Part shown: one piece after another, positions 50,351 through 63,125 of the stretch
Layout: each line of letters starts with the position of its first letter
Position numbering within the stretch: the first letter of the stretch is position 1
DNA from: Mytilus californianus
Taxonomy: Eukaryota
Direction: 5' to 3'
Length of the DNA stretch: 64,000 nucleotides
NCBI RefSeq assembly: GCF_021869535.1
Contig: NW_026262745.1
Span: 22,196,001-22,260,000 of the forward strand
The notes under the pieces: model-generated
Told to the model about the DNA's origin: nothing
Seen by the model: the letters and a program-made list of their open reading frames with translations, nothing else
Database searches by the model: none
Made by a program: the position numbers and the translations under genes

Positions 50351-51535
50351 GGTGATGCAAGCACAGCATGAGATGCTTACGCTGTCGACGAACCCGGTCT
50401 CGCTGCTTTTTGAGTTTATGCTATTCCCTCAGTTTTTATTTGTTATCTTGACCTGTGTCTTTCAAATCGATTTTCGCGAGTTCAACATAGGTAAACTACT
50501 GCTGCCCTTATTTACAAGTAAAAGTCCATAATTTTGGAATCTGGAATAACAATGTTTACCCATTTCCGCATTTTCATGGACACTGTACGATAGAAGATAG
50601 AGAGACCCGGCCATAATTACTATAATCACCATACTAACATGAAACAGCAAAAAAGACCAGTTACAAAATCTACAAATGAGTCAATATGAATGAAATCATC
50701 AATCGACTCCTTAAATAAGTATACGACGTAAAGACCAATCATTCTGCGTTACGGTAACGTATTCTTCTGTGCGTGATTACCAACATTCTCCGGCCCATGA
50801 ATCGTGAATATACAACTATTAAGATTCTCTGTGAAAATAATAAATATGAAATTAACTTTACAGCCCATCAATGAAATTAAAAAACCTTTCATAACAGTTT
50901 ATAATACGGCGTCATATATTTATCTAACTTTTATAATGTTTAGTTTCTTTCTGTAATCAGAGTCCAGATTCGGTCCAATGCTACACGTTTCGCCTTGCGA
51001 ACTGACGGTGTGTTCGAATAATTACCATGTTCAGTTGTTTTGCATGAAATAATATAATTTGTATTTCCAAAGGATAAAGTTTCTTTATTGGCCTTGGTGT
51101 TATTCCGCTTTTCGTCCTCAACAAGTCCATCTTGTCCAATAACGAGTTCTTTGATGATAGCTAGATGCCAATTTACTCTGAGAAATTCATCGCATATTTG
51201 AATATGAATAAAATATTGGCCACTAGAAGTAAAGTAAACATCAATCAAAGTAAAGGTAAAATTAAAAAAAACGCATTCCAACATAACACACTATAATGTA
51301 CATCATGGTGTGCGGCTGGAAATGTGGCTCGATGGGGGCGTCAGTTTTTATTAGTGGAGGAATCCGGAGTGCCCGGATAGAACCACCAACCTTCGGCAGG
51401 AAAACTGACAAACCTTGTCAATTTAGATTAGAGTCGAACGCACAAAGTATTGAAATGCTCAGTTCATTAACTGTTTGTTATTTAACTGGAAATGTGTTAA
51501 TTTAACAAAGGTGGTTCATTGCTTTTTTTTTATAG

Positions 51536-51682
51536 TTGTAGCTAAGATAAAAAGTGAACTTGAACAGCAACATGTTCAACCGGAGTTAACAACACCTAAA
51601 TCTGGACATTTTGGGGAAGACAGAAATTCAGCTGACGATTTTATGTTTGAAAGGAGCAAAGATGAAGAGAACAAGCAATCTG
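51536..51682 (+). CDS. NZF-SH3-SH3 gene, charged linker exon (phase 1-1)
   Basis: gctttttttttatag acceptor, gtaata donor. VAKIKSELEQQHVQPELTTPKSGHFGEDRNSADDFMFERSKDEENKQS, in frame with both neighbours. Overlaps ORF 51475..51696. Confidence 0.65.
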
Positions 51683-54600
51683 GTAATATACATTGATTTG
51701 AAACCCCGTCTGCTAAATTAAGATGAATCTGTCCCATTCCTTTGTTTTTGGAATTTTTATCTGTGTATTGCCTTAAAAGATAGGTTTGTAGTGTTTTTTT
51801 AAGACGCTCAGAGAGGTAAAATTTGAATTTTAAAACATTTTATAATTTCTATATTTAAACTTACTAGTCACAACACATAGCACATTTTCCTCGCGAGAAA
51901 CTGCTCGTAGGTAAAACAGCTTTTTGGGAAAGTGCAAGGTAGCAAAAAGTAACACTTTTAAATTAAGCGCGTTTTTTCTGTCGAAAAAATAGGTTGTCGC
52001 TGGTAAAAATAGCGCCGGCCACAAATTTCGGTTGCAGGTCCGATTTAAACATAGAAAATATTCAACAATTGAAAGAATCTTCAAAACACAAAGCAAGCAT
52101 CAAAATAAGCATTACCTCGTATTAAGTTCAACATAATTATACAATTACAAAAAATGTATGACCTTCATAAAAAGTTAATATCCAAAATTATATAATCGAG
52201 AAAAGTTTATTTTCACTAGAGACCTAAAAAAATAATTTTGCTTATTTGCTTTTGGTGAAGGCCATATTTAGACCACAAAATCGCAATGTGCATGTTACAC
52301 GAAATACCGGACATCCTTAGGTCATATTACGATTTCAAATTCGGTGTGATTCAACAAGATTTCATATTTTTGTTTTACCGGACCATTTGTTTAAAGACCC
52401 TCGAAAAAACCAAGACAATATAAAACACTGCATTTTAAGGGAAAAACAAGACAACTGTAATCCAATCTAGTATAGTATTCAGAATTAGATGAACAGTCAT
52501 AAATAAAACTACTATACTAGCGAAAAAGCAGTTAATCGATCTGATCGCATGTTTTTGTCACAACTATTTTGCATATCGGTAGTTAAAATGCCAAGCGCAC
52601 ATTCATTAAGTTTCAAGCAAATGTAAATTGATTTTAATGGATTCCAATTAGTAATTGTGAAAAGGGTCGTCATTTCAAATATTAGTCATCTATAAATGAA
52701 GCCATTTTGCTTAAATAACTTAAATGATAGGAATAAGTAAACTAACCATCTATCAAAATACTACATTTTATGTTTACTTAATATATAGTGGATTGATATA
52801 TTTAACCATGCTGTACATGATAACTCTCGAAACATTTATTCACATAGTCATGATATCAAACTCGTAAATCGCCGCTATATTCCTTTATGTGCTGATGCGG
52901 CGCAAAACAATCACCTATCAATCAATCAAATACGTAAATGGAAGGAAAATATTACGAAAAATATTTTTTCTGATAGTTTATTGCTAGTTAAACCTCCCAC
53001 TCCCACTATAACAGTTGTTTATAGTTCCGTTGTATTGACAAATTGGATAAGCAACCCAACAGACATAATAGGTTAATGTGACAATTATTGGATTCCAGCA
53101 GCCAAAACTATTTAACAAACAACACAGCTGACTTCAAAATTAGAACTTGGTTCGATTGAATTGATATTTTAAAAAGGATTTATCATTTATTTTTCAAGAT
53201 GTTTGGTTAATGTCCAACTTGTAATAGTCATTTGTTATTAAGTTAAACTCCTTTAGATGAATTCCTAGATATTCAGAGGCTAATTTAATGTCAACAGAAT
53301 AATATACATTATGTGATACACATTAGATTAGAATATAAATTAAGGATATGAAGGGTACTATAAGACAGACATCCAACAAAAGCATTACTAAAAAGTCATT
53401 TAGAGGTTAAAAGTCTGTACACATGAATATTCCAAATAGACAGTAGATACCAAGTGGAGTAATTGAGGAAAAAGACTAGTTCATGAAAAAAAATAACGTC
53501 TACAAAACATTACATAGAAAACTAAATACTCAGCAACACGAACCCTACCGAAACCCGCGGATGATTGCAGGTGCTCGGAAAGGGTAGGCAAGTCCTGTGC
53601 CATATGGGACACCTGTAATGTGGCTAACGGCAGATACACATTTGGCGAAGCACATGCAACACCAAGCTATACAACAACTGCAAAGCATCAAGATGTCAGC
53701 ATATTATATTTAAAAATAAACAGGTATCGTATTTGCCATGTTTTATTTATTTCATCATGATTATCAAAATGGGTAAGGATTTCACACGAGTAAACAAAAC
53801 ATAAATAAGTAAATTACATGTATGTGGGACCTTCAAAACAAAAAAGGCTAAAAAAAAACCAAATATTACAGATGAATTATTAATTATATAAAAACTGTTA
53901 TCATACTTTTTACAGATAACTTCGACAGAGGTCACAAATTCAAAGACAAATCAGATTGTTACCAAAATGTTGAATTAAAAGGTATGAATTGACACACAGA
54001 CACACACACATATGTATATAAATATTGTTATTTCTATTTAGTAATGCTCGATCAACTTTTAAGATACAATGGACAGTACTTTTGAGTTTTGGGGTATATA
54101 TTTGCTACTTATGCACTGACATTCATTTTTATGGTTCAGTACAGAAATGTTACGTTACGAATAAAGAAAAATGGGGCAAGATAAATAAAAGTAGACAGTA
54201 TTATTCCAATGTTCAAAAGTGTTTAAGAAATATATCTACTAGGACACAAATTCTGAAAAGTGTGATTGTACATATGGGTTTCTACCATTCGGTATAAGAT
54301 AAGGGGACGAATGATTGCCAATGTCACAACAAATTCCAAATGAGAGGGTTTGTTTATACTGAATTCCTGAAACATTGCAACGATTTCATGATTTTTTTCC
54401 AAGAACAGAGGAATTTGAAAATATGGCTTTTCTTTTTGCCTTTTTAAAGGTTTGATACTTACTCTCCTCCATATAAATACTTTGACAAACCGTTCAGTAA
54501 AAGTGTACAATTAGTATCCTTTAGAATGTCACCTCTTTTGAGCTCACCTTGCACTATAGGTTTCATTTTGTTTCCATCGCTCAACACCTTTTTGATTAAA

Positions 54601-55221
54601 CTTCTCTAAAACAACTTGATAAATAACCAACAAATTAGGACTGTTAGATATATCTGACGGCCCAGAATGTCAAGATATTACCTATTTCAATTTGAAAATA
54701 CAAGTTAGTAAATTAATTTGAATTGTTGATTGACTCGAGCTCGTAAAGATTTTTTGCCTTTTGTTTTGTTACAAATTAGGCAATTTTAGTTTTTGTTTTA
54801 TTTTGGCAATTGCATTGAAAAGTATAACATATACCAACAAACAGTAAACAGCAAAATTTAAACGAACAGAGCTACAAACAGGTAAAATTGTCAATCGATT
54901 CCTTATATAGACTTTAATTTCCTAATAAAAATGAAAGCTACAATGGAAAGAGAAATAAACAAATATGAAGACCGTAAACTCAAAGCAAACATGGATCAAC
55001 AAGTCTTAACATGTCTAAAATTGTCAATCAACTAGTTTAAGGAATTGATGACCTTTAATTTATGAGAGAGAGAGAGTATTAATATCAATGGGGAAAATGG
55101 TCATATTTTCGCTCAGAGCTTTCAAGCTCTTTGATTATTCTTATCCTCAACAATATTTGCAAATTACAACAGTTCATTAATCTGACGCCTGTTAGGAAAT
55201 AACTAATTCTTTTTACGATAG

Positions 55222-55404
55222 ATAGTTTTGTAGAAGCTTTATACGATTTTTACGAAAGAACAGAAGAAGAACTTACGATTCGGACCGGAGATATTATCAC
55301 TCTTTTGAAAGAAGAAGACGATGGATACATGACAGGAAGACTTGGTGATTGTGAGGGATTGTTTCCATCGTCGTTCGTTAAACCATATGAGAAAACAAAA
55401 CAAG
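55222..55404 (+). CDS. NZF-SH3-SH3 gene, SH3 domain exon (phase 1-1)
   Basis: ttctttttacgatag acceptor, GT donor at 55405. SFVEALYDFYERTEEELTIRTGDIITLLKEEDDGYMTGRLGDCEGLFPSSFVKPYEKTKQ carries the ALYDF, ELT..GD.I and GLFP..FV SH3 motifs. Not in the ORF track. Confidence 0.9.
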
Positions 55405-55683
55405 GTGCAAAGATAACAATTTTAAATGTTTAAATTTCAAACTAAAATAAGACTTCTTGCAAGCAAAGAAAATAAAAGCAAGAGCAACTGAATCCTAATA
55501 GATGCATAAAAGTCTATAGAAACAAAATAAAAATAGGGCAAAATCAATCTTCTTCTATTTTTGGTAAAATTGTGTATTTTGCAGTCACGGATAGCCATAG
55601 AAATTAGCAAATAAATAGAAACACTCGTATATGAAAATTGCAGTTTAATAAGACTGAAACGATCTGTTACTTAATATAGAAAT

Positions 55684-56270
55684 AAGAAGATGTGGTATAA
55701 TTGCCAATGAGACAACTCTCCACAAGAGACCAAATGACAGAAATTAACAACTATAGGTCATCGTACGGCCTTCAACAATGAGTAAAACCCTAACCGCATA
55801 GTCAGCCATAAAAGGCCCCGAAATGACAAATGTAAAACAATTCAAACGAGAAAACTAACGGCCTGATTTATGTACAAAATAATGAACGAAAAACAAATAT
55901 GATATACAGCAACAAACAACAACCACTGAATTACAGGCTCCTGACTTGGGACAGGCACAAACAGAATGTGGCAGGGTAAAACTAGTTTGAAGGCGCGCAT
56001 ACCCTCCCCCTAACCTGGGACAGTGGTGTAACAGTACAACATAAGAACAAACTATAAAAAGCAATTGAAAAGGGCTTAACTCTTTGGCACTGTGGCAGTG
56101 TACTTATACATCCAAACAACAATAAGACACTAAGTACAGATCTGAGAGTACCTGCAGTTACTATCAGCTAGTTCAAAGCCAAAAAGAACTAATAAAAAAA
56201 TCATGCATCTAAGATTAAAATATCAATCAGTACACATCCAACATCCAATGGATTTAGTGTAAAGACGTCA
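55684..56270 (+). repeat. High-copy interspersed repeat family
   Basis: aagaagatgtggtataattgccaatgagacaactctccacaagagacc...ggatttagtgtaaagacgtca; multiple homologous copies in this window. Confidence 0.8.
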
Positions 56271-58530
56271 ATGTACTTCAATGAGACGGCATTCTAACGA
56301 CAAAGGAATCTCAAAACTTAGAAATGTCAAAATATCGTATTTTTAACATTGAATAATAATTTAAATTATTTTATGGGACACTTCGTTTTGAATTTTTCTT
56401 GAAGTTCGGTATTTTTGTTATTTTATCTTTTAGAATAATATGCATAAAACTTATTAACCTCCAATTATATTTAAGTAGTAAATGCATTTGAGCGAGATTT
56501 TTTAAAACATTATTCTCATACGGAAAATAAATCGGTCAATATATATCTGAACACTTCATTTACGAGTACTAGTATTTTCTGACTTTGGACTATGAATCTA
56601 TTGATTGGTTTAAATACTTTTGATAAATTATTAAATTATTTCAAATCTTTTTTTTTACTAACAAAAACTGAGGCTCGATATGAAGTAGTCAATTTTGAAT
56701 TGAGCTGTTGCAGATAAAATTAAAGGTGTTGTGGCTGATTGTGTCAAATGTATACACACCAAAAACCATGTTCACAACACTAGATACATTTTCTTGTATA
56801 CCAGTGATTAAAAAAGCTTAAAATAGGCTTATCATTTGGGAAAAAACGCCAAAGGCTCATTTTGTCTACATAAAACTCAATAGGGCGCTCGAATAAAAAT
56901 ATTTGAACCAATATACATAAAAACAATTTTAAGACAATGTATTAGGTTACATCAAATGCAAGAAAAATCATCCAAATTTATTTAAGTAATAACACAAAGC
57001 CAAATTATCTAAAAATGCTATAGAGTTTGGTGCAAAGTTTTGCACACATTTATATTCCATTTACTAGAAGTTGATGCCTGACAAAACATACAAATACAAA
57101 ATAGGCATCATAATGACTTATATCATATGTGATTCCTTTTTTTGTAGAACTAAAGGATTACATGTTTATAGAAATATGTTCTCCTTGGTCTTTTTTTCCG
57201 ACCGGCATATATACCTAGTAAAACCCTTTACTATTCTGTGTTATAAAACAGAAAGTAAAACTGTTAAGAGCATTTAGTCTGAAAATAAACACGATTCTGG
57301 CGTCAACATATTTGGCGATAATGACATGACTTTGGGCCATGGTTGACATTAGGTCGATTCTTGCCGGGAGTGTTTAGAATGTGTGATCGCATCATTTTGT
57401 CAATTTATATATTTTTCTAAATCGGCCTTATCTAGATAGTGGTTCCTTAGTGTATGGCCCCACAAGATAAAACGTACACCCAAATTCTAAAAGCTATTCA
57501 TTTTGCTCAGCTTGTAACGTAATCATACCTGAGACAAATCAAAGTTAATTATAATTTCCGACTCTTTTTTTGTCATCATTTTTGTGCACAAAATGCCAAT
57601 ACCAAAAAAAAGCTATTAAATCTAAAAGTCCTATATGTAATAATAAATTTGAATATTTTTAATAAAAAATACGCTTCTTTGGACGCCAAGTCATATTGTC
57701 GTAAATAAATATATGACTTTTGCGATGGTTTGACAAGTCATATTGTCATAAATAAATGTACAATTCATTTAATAGTACTCAGTGTAAAAAAAAATTACAG
57801 AATATATTTCAAAATCTAAAAATATGGAATCAGCTGAAAATGATTTTAATTTTTACCACGTGGTCTTAGTGTTGAATTCTCTATGCAAATAAGTCATCTG
57901 TTTCAAATTAAAGTTTTATAGTAATGCAGGACTTTATCTCTGTTCTATAAAAGCAGCAACCATAGAACAAAACAAGCGGAAGATAACAAGTCGAGATTAA
58001 CTGACAACAACATGGCAAAACAAGAAAGACGATTTAAAGACGAGCTAGTCCACAAAGTATTTGAATAAGCTTTCGTCGCGATAAAGCCTTTTTGATCTAA
58101 CACTGCGTCAAAACAAACATCAACACATCAACCAAAAATATAAAATCAGTATCGTTATTTTTATATTGTGAAACTTGTTTAATTTCTTTCTGTCTTTTTA
58201 TGCATTTCCCGTATTTGAAAAGGTTATAAAATCTTCTTTTTGTTTGAATGAAGGATTTAAAAATAATTGTGATGCAGATACATAGATAAATATTTTGATG
58301 AATAAAGAATATGAACAGACCTTTGCAAATACAATGAAAATTATATCAAAAATTTGTAGTTTGTGAGCTATTGAAATTTGATCTACATAAGCTTAATATT
58401 CTACATTTGCATGGATATTTTTTTATTGTTTTGTTTGGATAAATATAGTGATTTAATACCGGTTGCTTTCTCAAGTTCATTTGTTAAATAAATTATAGGA
58501 AGCATTATTTCATAGAATGATATATTTTAG

Positions 58531-58719
58531 AAAAAAGACTACGCATAATTGAAAGAATAGCTGTTCACAGTAACGTTGGCAATATCTTGGACTTAGAGGT
58601 TGGCTGTGAAGTTTGCTTAATCAACAAAGCTGGTGATTGGTACTGGGTTGAGTATAGAGAAAAAGAAGGATGGATTCCGGTTAATTCTGCTGATTTTATA
58701 TCCAATAGACCTAAGGAAG
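58531..58719 (+). CDS. NZF-SH3-SH3 gene, second atypical SH3-like exon (phase 1-1); gene probably continues
   Basis: tatattttag acceptor, gtac donor at 58720. KRLRIIERIAVHSNVGNILDLEVGCEVCLINKAGDWYWVEYREKEGWIPVNSADFISNRPKE has L.L..G..V.L....GDWYWV......GWIP. No stop reached, and no next exon could be supported. Confidence 0.8.
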
Positions 58720-59764
58720 GTACACTTTTCGTAGTATTGGTCAATATTAGGAATAACAATAAGAGAATCTTTTAAATATGGTTATTTCTTAATATTTAGT
58801 GAAACTATATCCAGGTATAATTTTTCATATTTCATGAATCCATCTCAAAACTACAAACGTCATACAAGATTTCTTCTTGTTTATGCAATCTTACAGAACA
58901 TTTCCTGCTTTTTATTGTATGCACTTTATTTTTATTATTCCATTTGATTAAGTATACTTTCTTACGGGATTCAAAAAAGATACGGAATATACCAAGGGGA
59001 CATCCAAAACTCATTATTAGAAGAAAAACTGACAATGCCATGGAAAAAAAAAATAACGAAAAGACGAAAAAGTCAACAAAACACAACACAGAAAACTAAA
59101 GATTAAGTAACAGTTTGAAAGGTCATGTCTTTAAAACGTTTGATATTTCAAATGTTTCATTCGTTTATACATTTGTATGATGTTTACATAATTGTGTTAC
59201 TACAAGTCGACTAAATTGATTAACAGTGAGTTTTCAAATAGAACAGGCAATACTAATGTCATTGCACACTACACTGTAGTGAGAGTGGTCAGATGACTCA
59301 AATATTCCAAAAAAGAGTCAGTGGTACTTTTTTTTTACTTGACGGACTAGTTTTTGACAGACCTCTAAAATAAATGTAAGATTCTTTTCTTTGATCATAT
59401 ATTTTAAAATGTAAACAAATAATCTAGACATAAGGTTGCTTAAGATATTTAATATATCATTTTTTTTCATGTGGAGACTGTATGTTATCATTTAAAAATT
59501 ATTTAGTTTTCCCTTTTTGTGCTTTTTGTGCATCACCCTTCGTGCGAATTTACACGCGCGAATTACACAATAGGTAAATTTACAGATTATACGACTATTT
59601 TAGTATCTATAAATATAAGACTACTAAACATATCGTTAGTGAATTGTGACACAGACATATCGTACCAATCAATCAATTTGTAGTAGTAACCGTGAAACTT
59701 ATGGGGTGTTGATTTTAGTCGTTCTCTCTCATAAATCTGATGGAGCAGTTTTTGTGCAAAGATC

Positions 59765-60190
59765 ACACCCTGCTAATGCAGTAATTATAGTACGGACATG
59801 CTCGAGCGTATAGTATCATTGGAAATGTGTAAACGATTGGGTAGAGGGTATGTAACAGCTGAAAAGTTCACGATTGGAAGTTGTGTTCACGTTTGTCATA
59901 GATTATAGTTTAAAATGGTTCATCTGTCCAGGAAAAGATCAAGTAAAGCTTTGTATGAATTCTACTTCATAGGAATACAAAAACAAGACGGCCTGTAGAG
60001 ATACGCAATTGGTGACCATTGGAATACCGATTGTCTGTTGAATATCAATTCACAGAACTCAATAAATACGTTGTCGATCAAAAACACAAGCATTTGATGA
60101 TACTCTCTCGGTTTACTTGCTTTTGAAATCAGTGCATTCCTTCACAAAATACGATTGTTCATCACCTAAAACAAGAAAGGAGTAAGTTCA
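59765..60190 (-). mobile_element. Degenerate Penelope-like RT fragment
   Basis: Minus strand FLIDNVFIEFC..QQTIGIPMVTNC..LFLYSYEVEFIQ and FPIVNF...YARAC, with frameshifts. Confidence 0.75.
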
Positions 60191-61027
60191 CGAGATGTTA
60201 AAATTGACCTTAAGATTTGGATGATTTTGATGATCAGGCAAAAATACTATATATTTCACTTAGAAATAGTTGTGATATTACTATAAATACATAACTTCAT
60301 TTTGGCACATCATCTTAAAAAAATGACGAAGTATTGACTCCTTGTGTATGCATTATTTGTGTTGTAACGTCAGTTTTGGTCAATTCAATAATTATTCACA
60401 GTTTTTATGATAATTTACTTTACCGGCACCCATGATATAGAAAGATTTTGTGTCTAGGAATTGAATATTATCATTTACAACTTTTGGTTACAGAAAATTT
60501 TGGATCCTAGGTTGCGGCCAAGGGTTTCCTCAAGCTTTTAGGTCCGACAAATGCACAAAATTTGCGTATTTTGACAATATATCCAAAATGTGCTGATTTT
60601 GAAGTCAAGAATGTACTCTTATGAAGAGATTTATTCTAACAAAGAAGTAAGGCTTTTGAAATAGATCCATATAAGAACCAAATTATGGCCATTTTGAAGT
60701 TTCATGATAATGTTGAAATTTAAGGCCATATTAGGCCTTATGTAAACCATGTCCTTTGCATCTACGAACCACATTTTTTCAGAGGAAGCTCTGTTTAACA
60801 AGATTTGTATTCGATCTTTCAACCGAGCAGGGATAATACTTTTGTAAACCGTGGAGAAATAAAAAAAGGTTGATTTTACTGCAAAATTGTGATTTAAGAT
60901 TTTTGCAGTAGATCTTTTAAATATTTAAGTATCCACATCTGATTAACATTCCTGTATATGCAGAAGGAGACGCTTATCCTGTCTCGCTCCTTTTGTGGTC
61001 AATGTGATTCCCTCAGCTTGTTTTGTC

Positions 61028-62780
61028 TCTTTCTAATAGACAGGTTTTTCCAATTATCTGCCTTAGTTTGTGACGCGACTCCTAGACGTCGTTGTAGTAC
61101 GATCGCCATTACAACCGTGAAAAAAATGTAAACAAGATATACATCTATTTCCCAGACCGCATATATTAACGTAAACACAAGAATGTGAAGCGTACTTGAC
61201 CTCGGCAAAATTTCAAAGTAAATAATAAAGTAATTAGATAAGGAATGGACATTAAAATTATAAGTGTATTGCAGGCCAGGTGTCGTGTCCTTAAAATATA
61301 ACTAATTTTATTTGATACGTTAGAACCGGGACATAATATTTGCGAATACGAATCCCAGGTTACATATCGATTATAATCATTTGGCAATCATAATATTGAT
61401 TATTATAACCCGTACATAAATAAAAATAAATTGTCTTGCGGGTCGAATGTGATATATCAGAAAAACCAGGTGCAATTTTATCAAACTCATAGAAATTTCT
61501 GTAGTCATGCAAAACCTATAATGAGGCAGTCCTAAAATTCAACAATCTTCTAACCCGACGGTCCTTTATTCGACAGCCCGTTTTCTCCGGCGCGCGGTTA
61601 CTTACATCTCTCGAAAAAATTATACCTATAGACATGTACCGTTTGATGATAAACTTTTTTTCACAGAAACGATATTTTTGCTTTTGGTTCAACTCACGTA
61701 TACTGCTCAAAATTTAGTGACGTTTTCGTATCACTTTTTTCTCCGCGTGAATTGCGCTATATGCTATCAGTGCGTCGGGCCATTTGTAGACTTAACTTTG
61801 CAATTTAATTGGGCCGAAGAAGTTTTGAACTTTCACGGCCCATGTTATCATATAGTTAGTAGGTGTTCGATTCCAATTTCTTTTGTAGAAAAATTGCTTG
61901 ACATGAAACTACTAGTATGCATAGCCTATAACATCATGCTCCGGCCCGTGCTGAAAATAAATGAATGTCATTAAACCACAAAAGACGCAAACGTGTAAAT
62001 TAAAAGCAATGCTTAGAATTATGTTTTAAAAGCGTCATTTAGTGTTTTGCCAATTTCCCCCTCCCCACCACCCCAAAACAGAGGTCTCGTATATTTTCAT
62101 CCTGAATCTGTATTAGACTCCTTTATGAGTCCCCGATATATATAATACATTGAAATACAGAATTACAGTATTACATTAGGGATGTATATTGGACCATCCG
62201 ACTAAAGTGAATATATACTTTTTATATAGATTAGACCGTTGGTTTTCCCGTTTGAATGGTCTTAAGTAATTTAAACCCGCGGCCCCCTTTCAAAATCCTG
62301 GATCCATCTAATGTGTAGATCTTCTATACAAACAGAGACAGATGCACTGTAGTCATCGGATTAATTTTCATAGATAATTTCGTTTGACAACGTGTCAACA
62401 TTCGTCTGCCAGTGTAATTTTACTTTCATACAAAGTTTTATTAAAAAAAAAGGATTGTGTGCAGTCGGCACAACTTGTATAGTTCACATATTTTATTTAT
62501 TGATTTTTTTTTGCACATCTGAAATTTTTTACAATTATTTGGACAAATATTAACTGCACAAGAAATGCCTCCACCTTTTTTTATAACTTTCGGCAGTATC
62601 CATAGTGAAATAAATAAGAAAATGAAGGAAATACAAATGTAAACAGAAAATCGATAATGTTTTGATCAATACACGTGCGTTATTTTTCACGGTTGTAATG
62701 GCGGATCGGTCACGTGAGAGGTTAATGGATGCGCCCATGTTTTCTAGGTCAATTATAGATAAACCCGTCTATAGATAAGA
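61028..62780. mobile_element. Old non-autonomous DNA transposon with degenerate ~100-bp inverted ends
   Basis: cgccattacaaccgtgaaaaa (61104-61124) is perfectly inverted at 62683-62703; outer atagacaggttt / aaacccgtctat also pair. No TSD resolved. Confidence 0.5.
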
Positions 62781-62934
62781 ATATTTGAACATCAGTAGAC
62801 TACTGTCGCCTTAACATATATGCTTATTTATTTCCAAATTATATATGGAACTACGAGATATTTTTGCTATCTGTTAGTAGTCGTGTTACTTCTTTAAAAT
62901 ATGTTGACAATTTATATCAAGTGATTAGGCATCA

Positions 62935-63125
62935 CGCAATAACGTTCAACGTTATTTCTTGTTGAATAGATGCGTTCAACATAGTTATCAACTTTGGATT
63001 ATTCAGTGCGAGACCGTCATCTTTAGAGCGGAACGGGAACTTAAAGGATAATGCTAGCTTCTTTTCATTCTTTTTATTGAAAAACACGTCCTCACAAACT
63101 AAAAAATATGTTGTCAATCACGAAA
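62935..63125 (-). mobile_element. Short Penelope-like RT fragment
   Basis: KNEKKLALSFKFPFRSKDDGLALNNPK matches KKLALSFKFTYRYIDDVFSINNTK of the 48900-49660 copy. Confidence 0.7.

Noticed and set aside
59270-59325. Possible next exon of the SH3 gene (DDSNIPKKSQ...)
   Set aside because: The acceptor lacks a pyrimidine tract and the peptide is uninformative.
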